IMG/VR virus record: IMGVR_UViG_3300044684_000161
Location: 26,103-90,102 of that record
Source of the DNA: a virus
Direction: 5' to 3' (one strand)
DNA: 64,000 bases
Below, one piece after another: positions 59,394-64,000 of this stretch. The position numbers and the translations under genes are program-made. The notes beneath the pieces are model-generated. The model saw only the letters and a list, made by a program, of their open reading frames with translations, had not been told where the DNA came from and did not search any database. Every line of letters starts with the position of its first letter. Within the stretch, counting starts at the first letter, position 1.

Positions 59394-59685
59394 GTAACCG
59401 CCATACGGTTACTCGCCGAGCACACGGTTTCTAATATTTTCCTTAAAAATCAAAGACGTAACCAGGAAACCGGCGTTGGCTCGGAAGGAGATTAAGAACC
59501 ACGAACACTATACCACACATATTATATTCAATTGTTGGGTATGTATGTGTAAGCAGTATTGTGTGTCTCTCCTTATATATCTATGGTTACTTGGTTACAT
59601 ATACATACAGAATCCTTATGCAGCAAGGGTTTGAGGCGGTAACCAAAGGGTAACCATGGCTCGAAATTTCGGTTACCTCGGTTAC
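59394..59685. repeat. Putative replication origin: nine GTAACC/GGTTAC boxes around an AT-rich tract
   Basis: Boxes at 59394, 59407, 59458, 59585, 59593, 59639, 59650, 59671, 59680; mostly non-coding. Confidence 0.6.
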
Positions 59686-59834
59686 GCAAGTCATCGTGCT
59701 TCACGAGCGCTCACGACCCCTCACTTATGTTGCGTCAAAGCCACGGTAATTCTTACCTATCCAGCATTGACCGGTTGTAAGGCTTAGGCCGTCTCGTGAT
59801 ACCATTAGTCAAATACGGTTAACGAGGTCGCAAC

Positions 59835-60359
59835 GTGGTCGATTACTTCGAAATGCCGGAGATTCCAGGCCGCAAGTATTTCCGGTGCGAACGACTGCGC
59901 GCAACGCTTGCTATCCCGGCGTGCGCGGGAATGTGGAAGCAGGCCAATCACGAGAACAACGAGGAGCGGCTGCGGTGCAAGTGCTGCCCTCTCGGCGCTG
60001 TGCACGCCGGTGAGACTGCGGCGTCGATGTCGCCGCTCAAAGGCACGTTGATCTGCGGGCGCTGCCACAATCGCGCGTCCCGGCTGATCGGCAAGCACCT
60101 GTGCGTGTCGTGTCAGAACAGGCAGTACGAGTGGCTGAAGGGCAAGAACGCGAAGGGCAGCAAGCCGATCAAGTTGAAGTCGCTCGAGCCGCGCACACTG
60201 CATTACCTGCACGGCCGTGATCCGCGATCGATCTACCTGCCCCTGTCGGCCGACCTCGACGAGCTCATCGTCGCCGCACTCCGCGACTCGATCAACCGCG
60301 TGCGCTTCGCGTATCACGGCGCCATGCGCGGCACGCCTCAGCAACTCAGGCTCTTTTGA
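59835..60359 (+). CDS. Multi-Cys zinc-finger protein
   Basis: CxxC pairs (CKCC, CGRC, CVSC); RBS GAGG. Confidence 0.7.
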   Translation: MVDYFEMPEIPGRKYFRCERLRATLAIPACAGMWKQANHENNEERLRCKCCPLGAVHAGETAASMSPLKGTLICGRCHNRASRLIGKHLCVSCQNRQYEWLKGKNAKGSKPIKLKSLEPRTLHYLHGRDPRSIYLPLSADLDELIVAALRDSINRVRFAYHGAMRGTPQQLRLF

Positions 60360-60365
60360 AAATCA

Positions 60366-60643
60366 TGAGTGACACCGATCAACAGCCACAGTGGACACTC
60401 ACCGAGCATTGCTGCAGGTGCTGCTTCGGGCGCGTGCTGTTTCGCAAGACATTCGATGGGCGCAAGCTGTACCGCTGCGCGAACTGTGGCGTCGAGCGGG
60501 AAGGGAAGGATGAGACATCGATTTGCAGTTGCGGCATCAAACTCAAGACGCGGATCGACGCCGGCATTCGCTGCGTGCGCAATGACCAGCCCTCGCCTGA
60601 GTGCCCGGTCGAGATCGTGGCCGAACAAGTCAAACCGGTTTGA
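60366..60643 (+). CDS. Cys-rich small protein
   Basis: HCCRCCFGR, CANCG, CSCG. Confidence 0.65.
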
Positions 60644-60673
60644 GCATGCGCACAAGCGCGAACAGGAAGGAGT

Positions 60674-60799
60674 ATGAGCAAGGGATTGGTACAGGTATCG
60701 GTCGTCGTGCCGTGCATTGCTGGCATGGTGTATCTCGCGTCGCATGGAAATTCGGGTTGGGGATGGTTAGTCGCGATCGCGATCATTGCGATACTCTAA
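60674..60799 (+). CDS. Small membrane protein (41 aa)
   Basis: RBS AAGGAG; two hydrophobic segments. Confidence 0.5.
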   Translation: MSKGLVQVSVVVPCIAGMVYLASHGNSGWGWLVAIAIIAIL

Positions 60800-60904
60800 T
60801 CAGATTGTAAATCTGGTGATTTGGTCGCGTTGAGCCTTATTCGGCGCGTGTTTCTTGAGTTTTAGGCCGAGCGTCGGGCGCAAATCGGACGCGGCGAATC
60901 AAAA

Positions 60905-61180
60905 ATGAACAATATTTCAATCTGGAAATTCGACTTAGCCGTCACCGACCGTCAATTGGTGACGATGCCTATCGGCGCGAAGATACTATCGATTCAGTTT
61001 CAAGGCGGCAGCCTGAAGCTGTGGGCTCTCGTCGACCCTGAGGCGGAAACCATAGGCCGTGAGATTGTTATGTACGGCACGGGATGGCCGATGCGGGAAC
61101 ATCCAGGTCAACACCTCGGCACCGTCCAACAAGCAGACGGATACTTCGTCTGGCACTTCTTCGAGCCGGAGAACGAATGA
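60905..61180 (+). CDS. Phage hypothetical protein
   Basis: IWKF.L...GA.IL...LWA.VD...GTG...VWH.F pattern. Confidence 0.7.
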   Translation: MNNISIWKFDLAVTDRQLVTMPIGAKILSIQFQGGSLKLWALVDPEAETIGREIVMYGTGWPMREHPGQHLGTVQQADGYFVWHFFEPENE

Positions 61181-61623
61181 TGACGATCTCCAAACTCGAA
61201 GCCTTCTGCAGAATGGCAGAGGCGAACCAAGCTGGCGTAGAAGCCGACATTCTCACCCCGGATCACGAGTACACCCTCGTGGGCGCCGACATGGCCGCGC
61301 TGGCGGCCGAGATACGCGAGCTACAGCGCCGGGCGGAGATAGTTTCGGCGCCGGGCGTCGATATCGATCGCGCCCATGATGTCGGCCGCCCGTCTTTCAC
61401 TGGCACATTCACAATGCCGTCAGCGTCAAGCAACGCCATCCCCGATGCTGACGGCTGGATCGAGTGGAAGGGCGGGAAATGTCCGGTAGCTGATAGCGCC
61501 GTCGTCGATGTGAGGTTGGGTGATGGTCGCCATTTTTTGAAATGGAAAGCCGACTATTTGAGATGGACCCATTTTCACTGCATGACTGACATCGTCGCCT
61601 ACCGTATTCCTCGTAGCGCCTGA
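61177..61623 (+). CDS. Hypothetical protein with WIEWxGG.CPV...DIVAYR domain
   Basis: ATGA overlap with previous stop; common phage motif. Confidence 0.65.
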   Translation: MMTISKLEAFCRMAEANQAGVEADILTPDHEYTLVGADMAALAAEIRELQRRAEIVSAPGVDIDRAHDVGRPSFTGTFTMPSASSNAIPDADGWIEWKGGKCPVADSAVVDVRLGDGRHFLKWKADYLRWTHFHCMTDIVAYRIPRSA

Positions 61624-61687
61624 CTAATCTGGCCGTGTGAATTCGCGCGGCTATGATGTAGCAATTTTTACTACACACGGAGCAAAA

Positions 61688-61978
61688 ATGGACACGAAGA
61701 AACTGGAATCTCTGAAGCTGGCTCTCAAACGCGGTGCGCCGATTGACCCCGAACTCGTCGGCGAACTGATTCAGAACTACGAAGGCGTCGTGCGGGCTGA
61801 GGAGTATTGGGGCGATCGCGCGCCGAAGTTGGTCGACGAGATCAACGCGCTGCGCCCACTTGAGACGTCGCTGCGCGCGATGGTCACGCATTCAAGGCTC
61901 GTGACTGACGCGGCTGAAGCCGCGACGATCGCGCTGGTCGAACTCGATGCGGTGCGGTCGAAGCAGGCGGCATCATGA
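61688..61978 (+). CDS. Hypothetical protein
   Basis: RBS GGAG. Confidence 0.6.
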   Translation: MDTKKLESLKLALKRGAPIDPELVGELIQNYEGVVRAEEYWGDRAPKLVDEINALRPLETSLRAMVTHSRLVTDAAEAATIALVELDAVRSKQAAS

Positions 61979-62163
61979 AGCGGTTCCTTTGGGCGGCGTT
62001 CAATTTCGCGACGAGCCCAGTCAACGGGCTCATTTTTTACTTTCTGTTTATCGGGGTCGCACTCGTTGAGACGAGCCCACCTATTGATGTTTGGCTGTCC
62101 ATGTTTCTGCTCATGGGTGGACCCGCGTGGATGGGATACAGGATCGGGAGGGGCGACCGATGA
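61975..62163 (+). CDS. Small membrane protein
   Basis: Two TM segments; ATGA overlaps. Confidence 0.55.
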   Translation: MKRFLWAAFNFATSPVNGLIFYFLFIGVALVETSPPIDVWLSMFLLMGGPAWMGYRIGRGDR

Positions 62164-62714
62164 TCAACTGGCTCAAGCGGCGCATCGCTTGGCGGGAACT
62201 CGACGAGCTCGAACGGTGGAAGGTGGCCGAGAGTTCGCTGCGGCAATGGCTCGCTGAGTTCCCCGACGTGCGGGATACCCTTGATCATTTGCGCGTGGTC
62301 GCTGCCGGTAGCGTCGGCTTGAACGAGTCGAAGCTGCGTGAGCGGCTGCGCGTGCGTCGGGACTTCATGCGCAAGTTCGATGAGACGATTGCCTCGCTGA
62401 CGCCGCGCACGATGACGGCGACCGAACTCGACTGGCTGGCGTCAATACCGCCCGTCGATCGCGACGAGGCATACCGCCGTTGTGGCGTGAAGTCGATGCG
62501 CCAAGTCAAAATTGAAGATGAAGGGTGGACGGACGGAGCCGTAGCGGACGCGGAGCGAAAAGTGGCGACAGATTGGGACGTTGCCAACGTCAACGATGCG
62601 ATGCTGGCTCACATCCATAGCACGTCCGAGTGGCTAGCCTGCAACGTGCATTCCGAACCTGCACCCGGCCGTATCGACTACCGCTTCCTTGGCGTCACCG
62701 GCGAAGAATCGTGA
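62160..62714 (+). CDS. Hypothetical protein
   Basis: ATGA overlap; RBS GGAGG. Confidence 0.55.
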   Translation: MINWLKRRIAWRELDELERWKVAESSLRQWLAEFPDVRDTLDHLRVVAAGSVGLNESKLRERLRVRRDFMRKFDETIASLTPRTMTATELDWLASIPPVDRDEAYRRCGVKSMRQVKIEDEGWTDGAVADAERKVATDWDVANVNDAMLAHIHSTSEWLACNVHSEPAPGRIDYRFLGVTGEES

Positions 62715-62746
62715 CGCCATCATGTCCGCATGGAGGTGCGGATATG
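62709..62746 (+). promoter_or_regulatory. Late promoter TCGTGAC-GC-CATCAT with hairpin enclosing RBS and ATG
   Basis: CATGTCCGCA-TGGAGG-TGCGGATATG. Confidence 0.75.
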
Positions 62747-62845
62747 GGCAAGGTCTTCGATTTCATCATCGGCGCGGTCCGCGCGGCGGCCGTCGTCGTG
62801 TTCCTGCTCAGCATCGTCTATGTCGTTGCGAGGGCGTACTGGTGA
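62744..62845 (+). CDS. Small single-TM protein
   Basis: RBS GGAGG; MGKVFDF... Confidence 0.55.
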   Translation: MGKVFDFIIGAVRAAAVVVFLLSIVYVVARAYW

Positions 62846-63378
62846 GTGAAGCCGATGTCGACGACGCGATCCTGAGCGCCTTCGCGGTACCGGAAGGCGC
62901 CGATCATCCGGCCATCATCGCCGAACGGCTGATGAACGACCCGGAGCACAAGCATCTGCGCGAGAACGAGATCAAGATCGAGTACCTGTTCCGCGCGGAC
63001 GGCAAGGTCAAGGGCGGAAAGCTTGTGCTCGGATCGGTGCACGAGCCGACCTGTCAGGGCGAAATGCGGCCGGTGTTCGAGTGGCTGCTCGCGCGCCTAT
63101 TCGGCTACCTGCCCGACTTCGTGATCATTCTCGACCAAGGGTTTTGGGAGAGCGTCCCGCCGATCACACGTGAGGCGCTTCTTTTCCACGAGCTCGCGCA
63201 TGTGAAACAGAAGCTCGACGCATATGGCGCGCCGCGCTTCAACGCACAGACCGGTCTGCCTATCTACGGACTCGTCTCGCATGATATCGAGGAATTCCGG
63301 TCTGTCGTCGAGCGCTACGGGGCGTGGTCCCCCGACGTGGCCGATTTCGTGGCATCCGTGAAACGAGGTGGACTATGA
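62842..63378 (+). CDS. Putative phage metallopeptidase
   Basis: LFHELAH...HDIEEF..VVERYG. Confidence 0.8.
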   Translation: MSEADVDDAILSAFAVPEGADHPAIIAERLMNDPEHKHLRENEIKIEYLFRADGKVKGGKLVLGSVHEPTCQGEMRPVFEWLLARLFGYLPDFVIILDQGFWESVPPITREALLFHELAHVKQKLDAYGAPRFNAQTGLPIYGLVSHDIEEFRSVVERYGAWSPDVADFVASVKRGGL

Positions 63379-63490
63379 CTCGTCTCGTTTGGGCCATCTT
63401 CGGCCCGCTGCTCGCCCTGGCAGTGCTTGCACTATTCGCCGGCATGATGCTCGCCGAGTTGCTACGCAGCGATGACTACACATTGGAGCA

Positions 63491-63805
63491 ATGATGGAAA
63501 AGGACTGGAACGAGCGGATGAACGCGATCGAGGATCGCATGCGCAAGCTCGAGGAGCAGCGCGAGCACCGCAATGGCGAGGTGCCCACGCCGCCGATCCC
63601 GTGGAACCAGGGACAGTCGTATGGACCCGCTCAATGCGGAAAGTGCGGGTTAAAGCTCTCTGGCGTGATGTCCTACTGCTGCCCTAATGGCGATTGCCCG
63701 TGCGGTCTCGGTCCGGTCATGTGCGGGGTGAGCGGCGCGATTGGAACCAACGCCGAACCGCTCACCAAGGTCTTTCCCACCGGCGGCCCGCTGATCGGCG
63801 GTTGA
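63491..63805 (+). CDS. Cys-containing hypothetical protein
   Basis: CGKCG...CC...CPCG; RBS GGAG. Confidence 0.55.
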   Translation: MMEKDWNERMNAIEDRMRKLEEQREHRNGEVPTPPIPWNQGQSYGPAQCGKCGLKLSGVMSYCCPNGDCPCGLGPVMCGVSGAIGTNAEPLTKVFPTGGPLIGG

Positions 63806-64000
63806 CAGATTTCGCTGTACCGCGCCGGCCGGTCGCCGGCATCCAATGGAGCAAACGAGCATGCATTACAGAAACGGCCGCGAGGCCAAGAATGGCGACA
63901 AAATCGTGTCCTTGGGCGGCTGGGGTAGCGGTCCAGTGAACATCAACGCCATCGGCATCTTGTTCGACGCCGTGCCCGGCAATGACTACTGCAACGGCAA

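Larger units (their letters stand above)
1..64000. mobile_element. Temperate contractile-tailed phage genome segment (attP configuration)
   Basis: Contiguous head, tail, lysis, integrase, recombination and replication modules; no host housekeeping genes. Confidence 0.95.

Noticed and set aside
60874-60892. Extra GGGCGCAA arm-like pair far from attP
   Set aside because: Short GC-rich match with a degenerate second copy and no core; plausible by chance
1-64000. CRISPR array, diversity-generating retroelement, IS element or intron
   Set aside because: No regularly spaced repeat array, reverse transcriptase, transposase or split gene found by eye

Overview
The whole window is phage DNA: a GC-rich temperate myovirus, probably of a betaproteobacterium such as Burkholderia (inferred from composition and gene content only). 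It seems to be in the excised/attP configuration, because phage genes lie on both sides of the integrase-tRNA locus. 1-36.8 kb is the late region: probable portal end, about 10 kb of head-accessory genes (head-spike base, NinI-like phosphatase, MuF-like protein, PPase-domain polyprotein, 1609-aa methyltransferase/LPD1 polyvalent protein), protease, scaffold, capsid, neck, sheath, tube, chaperone, tape measure, baseplate, fibres and lysis. 36.8-45.4 kb holds the integrase, attP, tRNA-Leu(CAA) and a leftward recombination/nucleotide operon. 45.6-52.6 kb is a rightward replication operon. 52.6-64 kb has small early genes and an iteron-rich putative origin. Main unexplained signals: (i) a recurrent promoter-like element TCGTGAC-N2-NANNNT in front of nearly every late unit, often 6-7 nt from the ATG (leaderless), and usually overlapped by an inverted repeat that would hide the RBS/AUG only in read-through RNA; (ii) a hydrophobic-x-K|A/S peptide motif on head proteins and at cargo-domain boundaries; (iii) an attP whose putative core matches only a tRNA-Leu anticodon loop, with an intact tRNA-Leu beside it; (iv) two structured ncRNA candidates, nested domain insertions in the tail fibre and a probable +1 frameshift. 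Product calls rest on motif recognition and synteny, not database searches.
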